64,000 bases of DNA from a virus: positions 1 to 64,000 of the IMG/VR virus record IMGVR_UViG_3300007734_000760, one strand, 5' to 3'. Of this stretch, positions 43,966-54,660 are shown piece by piece. Each line of letters opens with the position of its first letter. Within the stretch, counting starts at the first letter, position 1. Made by a program: the position numbers and the translations under genes. The notes under the pieces were generated by a model, which did not search any database, was not told the DNA's origin, and saw only the letters and a list, made by a program, of their open reading frames with translations.

Positions 43966-44760
43966 CTATAACCCATTTATTAATCTAAATAATTTTGTAT
44001 TTTTACTTAATAAATTTAAATTAACATCTTTTATATCAATATTAAAATTATCATTCATACATGACTTAGGTTTATTTATTAATCCATAACCTTTATATTC
44101 AATTCCATCTAATGTTGCCATAGTTGGATTTGATGTATCTATTGATTCAATAAAAGACATATTTTTATACCATCCAAATTCTTGAGGTACAGCACATCCT
44201 AATAAATGTACTCTATCTGTTTTATCAATAATATTTAAATTAAATAATTCAGATATTACTTTAATACGCCCCATTGCTTTACCTAAATCTTTATTTGGAT
44301 GAGGACAAAGATCATTATAATAAGATGCTCCATAACTAAATGCTATTTTTTTATATCCTAAATCTTTATATGTTTGATAACAAATTATTGCTTCATATAA
44401 ATTTTGAGCTTGTACAACTGCTACTTTAGTAACTTCTTTAGGTAAATTTACTCCAATCCATGATTTAGCATTTACTACAGACTGTGTTTTATCTTCCCAA
44501 ACATCAGGAACAATAAATTCATTTGGTTTTAATTCATTTATCCAGTATAATAAACGTTTTGTATCATAAGCAACACCTAATTCATGTAATGAATTATCCA
44601 TAATTGTATATCTACCTAACTCTTTAGATTTTATAAAGAAATTCTTATATTCTTCATATTGATCTAATAAATGAGGAAGACAATAATCGTAATTGTTAAA
44701 TTTTAAACTTTCCTCTAAAAGACATAGAGGCACTTCATGTGAGATTTTTATTTTATTCAT
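43966..44760 (-). CDS. TGT-fold protein, candidate DNA 7-deazaguanine transglycosylase (DpdA-like)
   Basis: IMDNS (cf. DSG), IVPD, AVVQ, RVHLLG, SIDTS in TGT-barrel order; next to the queC/D/E-folE genes. Confidence 0.7.
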   Translation of the reverse strand: MNKIKISHEVPLCLLEESLKFNNYDYCLPHLLDQYEEYKNFFIKSKELGRYTIMDNSLHELGVAYDTKRLLYWINELKPNEFIVPDVWEDKTQSVVNAKSWIGVNLPKEVTKVAVVQAQNLYEAIICYQTYKDLGYKKIAFSYGASYYNDLCPHPNKDLGKAMGRIKVISELFNLNIIDKTDRVHLLGCAVPQEFGWYKNMSFIESIDTSNPTMATLDGIEYKGYGLINKPKSCMNDNFNIDIKDVNLNLLSKNTKLFRLINGL

Positions 44761-44775
44761 AACTTTTTCTATATT

Positions 44776-44807
44776 TAAATATAATAAACTTAATTAAGAA
44801 AGCCTAA
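44776..44807 (-). promoter_or_regulatory. Class I promoter
   Basis: TTAGGCTTTC...TATATTTA, 20-nt spacer. Confidence 0.75.
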
Positions 44808-45796
44808 TAAGTAATTATATCATCATCATCATTTCTTTTTTTCTTAAAAATAGGAGGAATAAATGAAAATGGTTGTGATTTTTCTTCAAATTGTTTAGAT
44901 TGAAAAGTATTTGGAGGTAATGTTGGATTTGGTCGTTCATTATATATAGGTTCTTCTTGAGATTCTATAGGTTTTTCATTGTATATAGTAAAAGATTCAG
45001 GTGATTTTAGTTGGTTAAATGCAAAATTAGCCGCTATAACTAAACTAATAGCTAAGGGATCAAACACCATTATAATAACTAATAAAAACCAATTAATAAT
45101 TCTATCCATAGATATTCCAGTTAGTTTATTAATATATTTTAAAGGTCCTAATTCACCAGCTAGTTCAGCATTTGATTCTTTAGTTAATTTTTCTTCAGAC
45201 AGTATTAATAAAGTAGAATCTAAATTATTTATTTTACTATTTATAGTTTTTTCTTCTTTTAAAGCAAATTCAAGTTGTTTTTCATATGATTTTCTATTTG
45301 ATGAAGATGTAGTAGTTAAAATGTTTCCTTCTTTATCTTTATAAGTTTGAGTATTATTACCTAATGCTCCTCTTAGTTGAGCAATACTTTGTTGAGTTTG
45401 TTTTAATTGTTGTAAAGTAAATTCTTTACTTGATTCTTGTGTTTTTATTCTGTTATCAATTAAAGCAATTTCTTTATCTACAACACCCGTTTTATTAGCT
45501 GTATCTTGATAGCCTGAAGACAGATAACCATATATTCCAGCTGATGTAATTGCCATTAATATAATTAAAGCTAAAGTTAAATACAATTTAAGCATCCAAT
45601 TTACTTTTTTCCAATATTGATAAAGTAAAGAAGCTACTACTAATTTAGCTACTTCAAGAGATGAAGCCATCCATATAACAGCAGTTTCAGCTCCTGCAAA
45701 TAATTTTGCTAAACCTGTAACACTATAAAAAGCAGCTGCTGCACTAATTGATAGTGCAGACAGTGCTATTAAAATTGGTAGTAAGTATTTTTTCAT
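44804..45796 (-). CDS. Membrane protein (3 TM - coiled coil - TM)
   Basis: AAFYSV.GL..LF, LEVAK, ITSAGIYGYLS, GPLKY, VFDPLAI. Confidence 0.75.
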   Translation of the reverse strand: MKKYLLPILIALSALSISAAAAFYSVTGLAKLFAGAETAVIWMASSLEVAKLVVASLLYQYWKKVNWMLKLYLTLALIILMAITSAGIYGYLSSGYQDTANKTGVVDKEIALIDNRIKTQESSKEFTLQQLKQTQQSIAQLRGALGNNTQTYKDKEGNILTTTSSSNRKSYEKQLEFALKEEKTINSKINNLDSTLLILSEEKLTKESNAELAGELGPLKYINKLTGISMDRIINWFLLVIIMVFDPLAISLVIAANFAFNQLKSPESFTIYNEKPIESQEEPIYNERPNPTLPPNTFQSKQFEEKSQPFSFIPPIFKKKRNDDDDIITY

Positions 45797-45808
45797 AATT
45801 TAAATTGT

Positions 45809-47533
45809 TTAACCTTCACAACTAACACATTCTGATAAACGTTGTAAATTATCTCCTCTTAATACACTTTCAGTGCGTAAATAATATAGTGTTTTAATTC
45901 CTAATTTATGTGCTTCTTTATGTACTTGAGAAATCCACTTAGGTGTATCATTTGGATCAAAACATAAATTTAATGAAATTGCTTGATCAACATATTTTTG
46001 TCTAATAGCATTTTGACGAACAATTTCTAATTGATTAATTTCTTTAAATGTTAAAAATATTTCTTTTTCTTCATCAGTTAAAATATAATCAGGTAAACCT
46101 AAAACAGAACCTTGATCTTTAAGAATTTGTTCCCAAACACTGTCAATATTATATCCTTTTGACTCAAGTAATTGTTCTAAAATTTTATTACGTTTAATAA
46201 AAACACCTTTTGCTGTTTTTAAATTATAAACATTAGCAGGAATGGGTTCAATTGAAGGTGAAACTCCTCCTGATATGTGAGCATTAGATACTGTAGGAGC
46301 AGGTGCTAAAAGATGTGTATGTCTTAATCCTGTACCTTTACACCATTCTGGTTCGCCATACATTTCTACTTGAGCTCGAGATGCTTTTATTGATTCTTTT
46401 TCAATAAATTCAAATATCATTCTTGTGTAAGCATTTGCTTGAATGCCTATAAATGGTAATCCTTTTAATTGTAAAAACGTATGCCATCCTAAAATTCCTA
46501 AACCAATTGCTCTACCTTTAGTAGCAGAACGAACTGTATTTTCCATGAATTTAATATTTTTAGCTCTATCAATAAATTCTTGTAACACACCTTCTAAAAA
46601 CCAAGTTGATAATTCAGGTAATGTCATTCCGTTTTCAAATTTATAATCTTTCCATTCATCCCAACGAGCTAAATTTAATGAAGACAAACAACAAATAAAA
46701 GAATGTAATTCATCAGTGTAAAGAGCAATTTCAGTACAAATGTTAGTCATTGATACTTTTAAATTATTTTTCTTGTACGCTTCAGGATTTGCATTATTTA
46801 TATTGTCTCCAAACATGATGTAAGGTTCGCCTGTTTCAAGACGTGTTTTTAATATTTCACCCCATAACTTTACTGCTTTAGGATCTTTATTTTCTAATTT
46901 ATTCATAAATTCATCATCAATAACAACACATTGATGTAAATTTAAACATTGACGGTTAACATCTCCTTTAGGACGACGAATCATTAAAAATTCTTCAATG
47001 TCTGAATGGTTAATATTTAAATTAACTGATGCTGCTCCTCTACGAACTGATCCTTGATTAGTAGCTAATATAGTTGAATCATAAATTTTAGCCCAAGGTA
47101 CTATACCTTCAGATGTACCATTATCTTTAATTTGTTTTCCTCTACTTCTAATGCGAGATAAACCAATTCCTACTCCTCCACCTTGAGATGATAAACGCAT
47201 TAGTTCTGAATTTGCATCTGCAATTCCTTCAATACTATCACCTACATCAATTCCAAAACATGAAATAGGCATTCCGCGTTCTGTTCCCATATTAGATAAA
47301 ACAGGTGATGCTAAGCATAACCAATTTTTTTCAATTGCTTCATAAAAAAACGGTTGTAATTCTTTACGTTTTAATCTTCTTGCTGCTGCTTTACTTACTC
47401 GTTTATAAGCATCAAATACATCTTCATCCGGTAATAAATATCCTTTTGAAATCATACTGATGGCTATTTCGTCTAACCACTCTGGGTAGTTTTTCCCTTT
47501 AATCCATTTACTGGTGTCTGTTTGTATACTCAT
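45809..47533 (-). CDS. nrdA: Class I ribonucleotide reductase alpha subunit (no ATP cone)
   Basis: SPVLSN, PISCF, GGGVG, TNICTEI, APTVSN, KTLYYLR, C-terminal CVSCEG. Confidence 0.96.
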   Translation of the reverse strand: MSIQTDTSKWIKGKNYPEWLDEIAISMISKGYLLPDEDVFDAYKRVSKAAARRLKRKELQPFFYEAIEKNWLCLASPVLSNMGTERGMPISCFGIDVGDSIEGIADANSELMRLSSQGGGVGIGLSRIRSRGKQIKDNGTSEGIVPWAKIYDSTILATNQGSVRRGAASVNLNINHSDIEEFLMIRRPKGDVNRQCLNLHQCVVIDDEFMNKLENKDPKAVKLWGEILKTRLETGEPYIMFGDNINNANPEAYKKNNLKVSMTNICTEIALYTDELHSFICCLSSLNLARWDEWKDYKFENGMTLPELSTWFLEGVLQEFIDRAKNIKFMENTVRSATKGRAIGLGILGWHTFLQLKGLPFIGIQANAYTRMIFEFIEKESIKASRAQVEMYGEPEWCKGTGLRHTHLLAPAPTVSNAHISGGVSPSIEPIPANVYNLKTAKGVFIKRNKILEQLLESKGYNIDSVWEQILKDQGSVLGLPDYILTDEEKEIFLTFKEINQLEIVRQNAIRQKYVDQAISLNLCFDPNDTPKWISQVHKEAHKLGIKTLYYLRTESVLRGDNLQRLSECVSCEG

Positions 47534-47537
47534 ATTT

Positions 47538-47789
47538 TTAGTCTAGTCCTTTTACTACTAATATTCCTGGATCTTTTTCTCCGTTAGATGTTAATACTTT
47601 TTCTTTTGGAACAATTTTAATGTGTACTTTTTTAATGGTTATTTCTCCACCTTGTTTAAGCATTTTTTTAAATAAATTTTCTTGAGCATCAGTCCAATCT
47701 GAGCTTAAATCTATTACTTCTTGTTTTTCAGCATCTTTTCCATTTAATTTAATGGAAGTACCTTTTCTAATTGATTGGGGTTTTAACAT
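47538..47789 (-). CDS. Hypothetical protein between nrdB and nrdA
   Basis: Probable start MLKPQ at 47789. Confidence 0.6.
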   Translation of the reverse strand: MLKPQSIRKGTSIKLNGKDAEKQEVIDLSSDWTDAQENLFKKMLKQGGEITIKKVHIKIVPKEKVLTSNGEKDPGILVVKGLD

Positions 47790-47796
47790 TTTTTTT

Positions 47797-48747
47797 TTAT
47801 AAATCTGACCAGTCAGATGTTGATTTTGAATAATTTGTAACTCGTCCTGCAAAAAAATCTTGGTGTGTTTTACCACTTGTTAAATGACCAAACCATTCCA
47901 TTTGTTTTAATAAATTAGGATCAATATCATTATAAATTGCTTGATATCCTAATTCAATTACTTTTTCATTTGCTCTTGCTTTTATAAATGCTTTTAGTTG
48001 TTCTTTATTTAAACCTTCTATATCACCCATTTCAAACGCTTTATCAATAAAATCATATTCTAATTTAACTGATAATTCACATGCTTCTGTAATTTTATTT
48101 CTTAACTCAAGATTATTTAATTCTGGTTGTTCTTCTAATAATTTTCTAAACAACCAACATCCAGCTTTTGAATGTAATGATTCATCTCTAACACTCCATT
48201 CTACAATTTGACCTGTTCCTTTCATTAAGTTTCTTAATTGAAAACTCATCAATATAGCAAATGAAGAAAATAAATTTACTCCTTCAGTAAATGCTGAAAA
48301 TATAGCTAATGAAACTGCTTTTTCTTCTATTGTGTCACCTGGTACTTCAATTAAACGATCTATTTTATTTTTTGACGCTTCATCTTCCATAAATGCAGCA
48401 AAATTATCTAATCCTAATTCTTCATTTAAACGAGCATATGCTTCAGCATGGATTGACTCAAAATCAGCAAACACACGAGCCATTGCTTGTATTTCAGGTT
48501 TAGGAAACCAAATTGATACTTTTGTTGACCAATAATCATTAACGTGTACTTCTGTTTGTGCAAATGATTTTAAAATGTTACCAATTAAATTCTTTTCAGA
48601 TTCATTAAGTTTTTGTAACCAATCATTTAAGTCAGATGCTAATGGTACTTCATCAGCTAACCAATGAGCTCTGTGTTGATCTTTATAAAAATTAAATGCC
48701 TCTTGATATTCAAAAGGTTTGTAAAAATGTCTAGGTTCAGTTATCAT
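47797..48747 (-). CDS. nrdB: Ribonucleotide reductase beta subunit
   Basis: YKPFEY, W...EV, E.IH..AY, EGV..FSSF, DESLH, DFF. Confidence 0.96.
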   Translation of the reverse strand: MITEPRHFYKPFEYQEAFNFYKDQHRAHWLADEVPLASDLNDWLQKLNESEKNLIGNILKSFAQTEVHVNDYWSTKVSIWFPKPEIQAMARVFADFESIHAEAYARLNEELGLDNFAAFMEDEASKNKIDRLIEVPGDTIEEKAVSLAIFSAFTEGVNLFSSFAILMSFQLRNLMKGTGQIVEWSVRDESLHSKAGCWLFRKLLEEQPELNNLELRNKITEACELSVKLEYDFIDKAFEMGDIEGLNKEQLKAFIKARANEKVIELGYQAIYNDIDPNLLKQMEWFGHLTSGKTHQDFFAGRVTNYSKSTSDWSDL

Positions 48748-48756
48748 AAATTCTAT

Positions 48757-48788
48757 TAAATATATTAAAAATTTTAAAGTAAGCCAAA
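48757..48788 (-). promoter_or_regulatory. Class I promoter
   Basis: TTTGGCTTAC...TATATTTA, 20-nt spacer. Confidence 0.8.
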
Positions 48789-48795
48789 TAAATTA

Positions 48796-50172
48796 TTATT
48801 TATTTAATGCAAAAAATTGTTTAGATAAATAGTCTTTATCAAATTGATCTAAATTAGTAGAAGATTTTGGAAATGTTGATTTAACGTTTTGTGGTTGTTC
48901 TTCATCATCTTCATCTAATTCACCTAAAATATCAATGTGGCCAGTAGATGTATCTACTTTAACATTAAATGTCATACCATCTACACCATATCTGTTTTTC
49001 ATAATATGGAATCTACCTGTTCCATTAAGTTTATCTTTCTTTTGTCTTGATAAAGACATTGCAAAATCTGCGATCATAATTTTGTCATAAGATCCTGCGG
49101 CTTTATCTCCTTCAATTATATTATCTTTTGCTCCTGCTCTATTTACTTGTGACACGCTCCATATTGGTAATTTTAATTCTCGAGCTAATCCTTTAGTACT
49201 GGTATAAATATCATCTATTTCTTCTTTACGCTCACTATTTTTTCTTCTTGATGAAAGTAAATCAATGTAATCAATAATAATTAAATCAGGTTTAAAATCT
49301 AAATCAATACATTTTTTAATATGCGATTCTATTGTATGCATTGATGCTTTACCCATCGGATATTCTTTAATAATTAAATTACCAGGCAAATCAGATGTAG
49401 CAGCTTCAACTTTATCTTTATTTTGTGCTATAATGTTTACAGGTATTTTAGTAAAAAATGAATCATATCGTCTTCCAACGTATCCTTCACCTAATTCTAA
49501 TGTATAATGTATAACATTGTATCCAGATTGTACAGCAAACGCGCCTAATGCAACTAAACTCCATGATTTGCCTCCACCTGGATTTCCAAATATTAATCCA
49601 AAATCACCTTCACCTAAACCACCTTGAAGATATTCATTAAACTTCTCCCATGGAGTTGGTATTGGATTGCGATCATCCATTCTATATCGAGATTCAACAT
49701 CTTTATTATATTCATGTCCAATATTTTTATCTTGACCTGATCGTAAAGCGCTATCTACTAATAATCTAATAGAATCATAATCTCCTGCTTTTAATAAATC
49801 TACCGAGTTTAATAATGCTTTTTTTAATTGTTGATTTTTACAAAAATTAGAAAATTCTTGTTTAATGTAAGTTAAATCACTTTCATCAGATGATCTATAT
49901 GCTTCTTTTAATTGTTCTTTAATTGAAAGTTGAAGTATTTCGTTTTCAACTTTTTTCATTTCTACTTTAAGTACATCCATTGTAGGATTAGTATGATACT
50001 TTCCATAGTATTTTAACACCTCATTTATAATCCATTTGTGTGAAACATTTGGAAAATAATCTTCTGTTAAAACATCATTAATGTTTTGCAGGAATGGTTT
50101 ATCAGTTAATAATGCTGATATTACTTTTGTTTGGAATGAAATTCCATAACTTTCTAACTGATTGAGTGTCAA
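48796..50172 (-). CDS. DnaB/gp41-like replicative helicase
   Basis: GNPGGGKS, YTLEL, IIIDYIDL, SQVNR, KNRYG. Confidence 0.93.
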   Translation of the reverse strand: MTLNQLESYGISFQTKVISALLTDKPFLQNINDVLTEDYFPNVSHKWIINEVLKYYGKYHTNPTMDVLKVEMKKVENEILQLSIKEQLKEAYRSSDESDLTYIKQEFSNFCKNQQLKKALLNSVDLLKAGDYDSIRLLVDSALRSGQDKNIGHEYNKDVESRYRMDDRNPIPTPWEKFNEYLQGGLGEGDFGLIFGNPGGGKSWSLVALGAFAVQSGYNVIHYTLELGEGYVGRRYDSFFTKIPVNIIAQNKDKVEAATSDLPGNLIIKEYPMGKASMHTIESHIKKCIDLDFKPDLIIIDYIDLLSSRRKNSERKEEIDDIYTSTKGLARELKLPIWSVSQVNRAGAKDNIIEGDKAAGSYDKIMIADFAMSLSRQKKDKLNGTGRFHIMKNRYGVDGMTFNVKVDTSTGHIDILGELDEDDEEQPQNVKSTFPKSSTNLDQFDKDYLSKQFFALNK

Positions 50173-50188
50173 AATTTTTATTTTTAAA

Positions 50189-50881
50189 TTAATAATTAAT
50201 TATATTTCCGTTTTTATCTACATATGCCCAATATCCATCCTTATATAATTTTAAATGAATTCGTATAGCATTTTTTACTCCTTTATTGTCAATTTCTGCT
50301 TTTTTAAGACTATCATATGTTTTTAAAATTTCTAAAGTAGTTGGATTTAATTTTACAACTTTTCTTGGATTTGTATTTCTTGGTTTTTTTCTTCTACAAG
50401 CTAATATTTTTTCAGTAACTATAAAATTAATTCTTTTTTTACCTTTTTTAGCTTTACTAATTAACTGTCCAAATCCATCATGTTTTTTACTACCTTTTTT
50501 TGGACCAGTAACATATGTTTTTTTCTTTCCTTTTTGGAATAAAGAAGTTCCAGGTTTTAATTTGCCTTTAACATTAATGATAAATCCTTGTTTTAGTCGT
50601 TCATAATCTCTACTACTAACTTTATAAATATTTAATTTATGTTTTTGTTTACCTATAGTCATTAACCAAAGTGCATACCATAATTTTGTTTCTTTAGGAT
50701 GTATTTCAACTAATAAACGATGACATAAAAAATGTTCTCTTGCTGTTAGTTCTACTATATTTTTTTTATTGTTTAATCCACCTAAACATTTAGGTATGAC
50801 ATGGTGTTTTTCTTTATAACCTTGTATTTGACGAATTTTAGCACGTTCTATTATTTGACTGTATATTCTTTGGTAATCCAT
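50189..50881 (-). mobile_element. Free-standing HNH homing endonuclease (MobE-like)
   Basis: Y..IY..II, EKHHVIPKCLGG, NIVELTAREHFLCH; basic DNA-binding C-terminus. Confidence 0.88.
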
Positions 50882-50917
50882 ATTTTATTATAAATATTGA
50901 ACTGTATTCGTAAAATA

Positions 50918-51970
50918 TTATTTGTTTTTTGCTTTATTATATCTATCAATTATATTCCAATTCTCTCTAATCCAATAATCTACATTCTTTAAAACATTAC
51001 CTAATCCATCTTTATGATAAAATTTTAAAAACGTTTCTACATTTAATTCATATGGAGGTTCTTTAACTTGTTCTAATATATATTCTTTTTCTTGATCATC
51101 CAACATAGGATTACTTAAATTCATAATCTTATAAGCCTTTCTTAAATTGTCAAAATTTTCTAATGCCCTACAGTATATAATATGTTCTTTAAATTTTAAA
51201 GCACAAATATCATATATGTCATCAAGTGATATATTTTTTTCATTCATTACTTCAGGAAAATATTTTTCAAATTTATTTTGACCTAATCCTTTTACACCAC
51301 CTACTTTATCTGATTTGTCTCCCATTAATGTTTTATAAATAAGAAAATTGTGTGGATGAACACCATATTTTATTTTTACATCTTTAGGTGTAACAAATTC
51401 TTTTTCTACAGATCTATACATTAAGATATTTTCATCTACTAATTGAAGAAAATCATTATCAGCAGATACTAAATATACTTTATTTTTTTTATCTTGAGTA
51501 AGATTTTTACTTAAAAAAGCTATAATATCATCTGCTTCAACTCCATCAATAGATAAAAGTTTAATAGGTAAACATTGTAAATAATGAATTAAATGAATAA
51601 TTTGATCTGTTTTAGATTCATTTTCTTTTTCAACACTATCAAAAGAATTTTTATTAACTCGATTAACACTTCTTCCTGATTTGTATTCTGGAAGTAAGTT
51701 CTTTCTGTTTACAGAAGAACCTACTCCATCAAATACAACATAAATTGATGTTGGTTTTAGTTGTTTAACTAAAGATCCTAATGAACGTAAAAATCCACCT
51801 AAACCTCCTATGTGAGTACCTTCAGCATTTATATAATTTAATACTGCAAAGTTTCTTAAAAATAAATTTAAACCATCTACTATTAAAATTCTTTCTCCTG
51901 TTTCTTCAGGATTAGGTACTGTATCTTCTTTAATACTGTCAAGAAGTTTAAGTAAATCTTTATTATTCAT
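50918..51970 (-). CDS. 5'-3' exonuclease / T4 RNase H-like flap nuclease
   Basis: LIVDGLN, VFDG, YKSGR, EADD, SAD.D..Q, GDKSD.V.GVKG.G. Confidence 0.93.
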   Translation of the reverse strand: MNNKDLLKLLDSIKEDTVPNPEETGERILIVDGLNLFLRNFAVLNYINAEGTHIGGLGGFLRSLGSLVKQLKPTSIYVVFDGVGSSVNRKNLLPEYKSGRSVNRVNKNSFDSVEKENESKTDQIIHLIHYLQCLPIKLLSIDGVEADDIIAFLSKNLTQDKKNKVYLVSADNDFLQLVDENILMYRSVEKEFVTPKDVKIKYGVHPHNFLIYKTLMGDKSDKVGGVKGLGQNKFEKYFPEVMNEKNISLDDIYDICALKFKEHIIYCRALENFDNLRKAYKIMNLSNPMLDDQEKEYILEQVKEPPYELNVETFLKFYHKDGLGNVLKNVDYWIRENWNIIDRYNKAKNK

Positions 51971-51972
51971 AT

Positions 51973-53061
51973 TTAGTCTTCAGATTCTACAATATCAGAA
52001 ATATCAGCTTTTTCATTCCATTCACTATTATCCTCTATTGTTTTATAGTTACCTTCTCCTAATATAGCAGCCCACTCATGTGAATGTTCTTTTTTATATT
52101 TAGTAACGTCTTTAGGATCATCTGAGATAAAACCGTGTACTGTACTAATAACTGTGTTTTTAGTAGTTATACCATTTACATGATTTTTATCACAGGCTAC
52201 TTTTGTTCTTAAAGCAAACTCTACATCTTTACCATCTTTTTGTGCTTTAATTTTAGATGTTCCACTATTAGTAACATTACCAAAAGTTAAACATAATGAT
52301 GAATCATAGTAAAATGTATTTCCACCTTTATTTGTCATTCTAGGTTGTGAAAATACGTTTTCAGCAGGTGCTACTCCGGTTTTATTAATAATCAAGAAGG
52401 TATTTGTGTGTTTACTTTCTTCTTTTCTTGATAATATAATTCTTTGGTTTATAAAATTACCAAATTGAGTTGCTATTGCTCCTGCATTCCACATAGGATT
52501 GTTTTTACCTTGTTCTATACTCATTCTACAAGCAATAGAACCTACCGAATCCCATAAAAATAATAAGTCGTAAGGTAAGTTTCCTTTATCTTGTTCATTT
52601 AGCATATCTAAAATAAATTCAGCTACATCTTCAATTGAATTAAGTTTTCCTCTATCTCTATATAGAAAAAATCCTTCATAATCAATAACATTTCCTTTAT
52701 TATCTTTAACTTCATCCATTTCAAATCCCATAGTTTTCCAATGTTCCCAACTGTGTTTCATTTCAGTAATAATAAGAACTGGTAAAATTCCCATCTTTTG
52801 AGCTGATACAGCTGTTTCAATAGACGTGGTAGTTTTACCTGTGTTACTTCCACCACGTACTATATTAATATGTCCCATTGCTATTCCTGGGATTGACAAA
52901 GCATCTTGCATTGCTTTTGAAAATGGAATCCATTTTTGTTCTTTGAATTTAACATTTCCACTTAATAGCTTTTTCTCTTTAAATTTATTTAAATCAAATT
53001 TAGATTTAAGTTCTTTAGAGACTGCTTCCATTAACGAATCTTTGTCGTTTGTTTTAGCCAT
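51973..53061 (-). CDS. RecA/UvsX-like recombinase
   Basis: GGSNTGKTT Walker A, WDSVGS Walker B, KGG..F, KNH. Confidence 0.88.
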   Translation of the reverse strand: MAKTNDKDSLMEAVSKELKSKFDLNKFKEKKLLSGNVKFKEQKWIPFSKAMQDALSIPGIAMGHINIVRGGSNTGKTTTSIETAVSAQKMGILPVLIITEMKHSWEHWKTMGFEMDEVKDNKGNVIDYEGFFLYRDRGKLNSIEDVAEFILDMLNEQDKGNLPYDLLFLWDSVGSIACRMSIEQGKNNPMWNAGAIATQFGNFINQRIILSRKEESKHTNTFLIINKTGVAPAENVFSQPRMTNKGGNTFYYDSSLCLTFGNVTNSGTSKIKAQKDGKDVEFALRTKVACDKNHVNGITTKNTVISTVHGFISDDPKDVTKYKKEHSHEWAAILGEGNYKTIEDNSEWNEKADISDIVESED

Positions 53062-53080
53062 TTTAAATTAATTTTAGATT

Positions 53081-53926
53081 TTAGTCTTCGTCTTCAAATA
53101 ATGCATCAAACTTGTCTGCTTTTGATGGTTTTGTTTCTTTTAACTTGTAATTAGATGCTTTTGGAGTAACAGTAGTTTCTTCATCTTTCCAAGGTAAATC
53201 ATTACCTGGTGTTGTTGGTTCTTCTATAGCTTCATCAGTTTCTTCTTCAGCTTCAGGATTTAAAAAGTTTTGTAATACTTCTTTTAATTTTTCAAAATCC
53301 ATTTTATATAAAGTTTGAATTTCTAAAATGTCTGGTTGTTCATTTAAGAATTTTTCTACTTCTGCTTTATTTGGACTTACTTGAGAAGTTTTAGGTTTAA
53401 TACGAATTGATGATTTAAGACCTTGACGACCACCAATGTCACCTGTTACAGCTTCAAGTGTAAAATCACGACCTTCATTAATGTCAGTATAATCACCATA
53501 ATCTTCATCATCAGCAATTCCTAATAATTGCATGTAAATTTCTTTACCAAATTCCCAAAGGCGAACACCTTTATCTTCTTCACCCCTAATAATTACTGGA
53601 GCGAAAATTCTCATTTTTGGTTCTAATTTTTTAGATAATTTCCAATTTTCTTTGTCATTGGTTGTACGAAGTTGTTTTACGAATTCTACAATTGGATCTT
53701 TTTCACCCCAATTAGTTAAAGCATAGACAGGAAATTTTGAAAATCCATAGTGTACAAACACTTCTTTAAATGGATTGCTTTTGTCTAGTTTAGAGGGAAT
53801 AATTCTAATTTGATACTTACCTTCTTGTTTTGGTTTCCATAGATATTTTGAATAATCTACTTTTTCTTTTTTCTGCCCGGATGTCTGTAAGGCACTCAGT
53901 TTGTTTTTGATTGATTTTAAATCCAT
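53081..53926 (-). CDS. gp32-like single-stranded DNA-binding protein
   Basis: WKP..G...IRI.P, PF.E..VHY, V.LWEFGK, D...G.D, acidic tail FDALFEDED. Confidence 0.82.
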   Translation of the reverse strand: MDLKSIKNKLSALQTSGQKKEKVDYSKYLWKPKQEGKYQIRIIPSKLDKSNPFKEVFVHYGFSKFPVYALTNWGEKDPIVEFVKQLRTTNDKENWKLSKKLEPKMRIFAPVIIRGEEDKGVRLWEFGKEIYMQLLGIADDEDYGDYTDINEGRDFTLEAVTGDIGGRQGLKSSIRIKPKTSQVSPNKAEVEKFLNEQPDILEIQTLYKMDFEKLKEVLQNFLNPEAEEETDEAIEEPTTPGNDLPWKDEETTVTPKASNYKLKETKPSKADKFDALFEDED

Positions 53927-53955
53927 CTTTTTATTTGTTTTTATTGGTTACTATT

Positions 53956-53987
53956 TAAATATACTACTTATTTTTCTGCAGGCCAAA
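53956..53987 (-). promoter_or_regulatory. Class I promoter
   Basis: TTTGGCCTGC...TATATTTA, 20-nt spacer. Confidence 0.75.
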
Positions 53988-54052
53988 TTTAGCTTATAAA
54001 GCTCTTGAATGCCTTTTTATTTGTAGTGTAATACTAGTTTATATATTGTAAT

Positions 54053-54649
54053 TTAAATATCTAACATTTTTAATTCTCCTTTTGAATTATATCCAAAATT
54101 TTCATCATTTATATCTTTTTCTATTTTTGAATCCCATGAAATATTCTTTACATTTTGAAGTAAGGGATACCAATTTTTAATTAAAGAATTATATAAATTA
54201 CTTGGTAGTTCTTTTTGTAATTGAGATTTTAATTCACTATCATCTAAATTATTATATATTAATTGAATCATCTCAGAATTATACCAATTTGGTCCTTTAA
54301 TTCGAGATCTTTGAACTAATTTAGCGATATGTTGATTTTTAGGTGGAATTTCTGATGATTGTGAAAACAAATATTTTTTACATTCCCACATTTCTGAATT
54401 AGCTTTATTATCGTCTAATTTTTCTAGAATAACATAATCTTCACCTATATCATAAACTTTTGGAAATATCTCAGGATATTTATCAAATATTTTTATATGA
54501 TCAGATATAGGTTCACCTTGATTTTGATTAAATTTTATAACTTTATCTTTACCATAATTATATACTATATGTATACTTCCTTCTCCATGTTCATCTCCTA
54601 TCAAATTTTTATTGTAAAGTTCTTTTAATAAATTAACCAATTTAATCAT
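54053..54649 (-). CDS. Protein-kinase-like protein with MIKLVNLLKE leader
   Basis: GEGS..IVY P-loop, KVIKF lysine, ILEKL hinge, DINDENFG catalytic loop, KMLD. Confidence 0.72.
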   Translation of the reverse strand: MIKLVNLLKELYNKNLIGDEHGEGSIHIVYNYGKDKVIKFNQNQGEPISDHIKIFDKYPEIFPKVYDIGEDYVILEKLDDNKANSEMWECKKYLFSQSSEIPPKNQHIAKLVQRSRIKGPNWYNSEMIQLIYNNLDDSELKSQLQKELPSNLYNSLIKNWYPLLQNVKNISWDSKIEKDINDENFGYNSKGELKMLDI

Positions 54650-54660
54650 GGTTATAAATA

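Noticed and set aside
34753-50172. Inteins or introns in PolB, NrdA, NrdB or the helicase
   Set aside because: Protein lengths are normal, the ORFs are continuous and no intein splice-junction motifs are seen
53990-54020. Possible terminator after the kinase gene
   Set aside because: Only a weak AT-rich stem (AGCTT...AAGCT) without a convincing U tract
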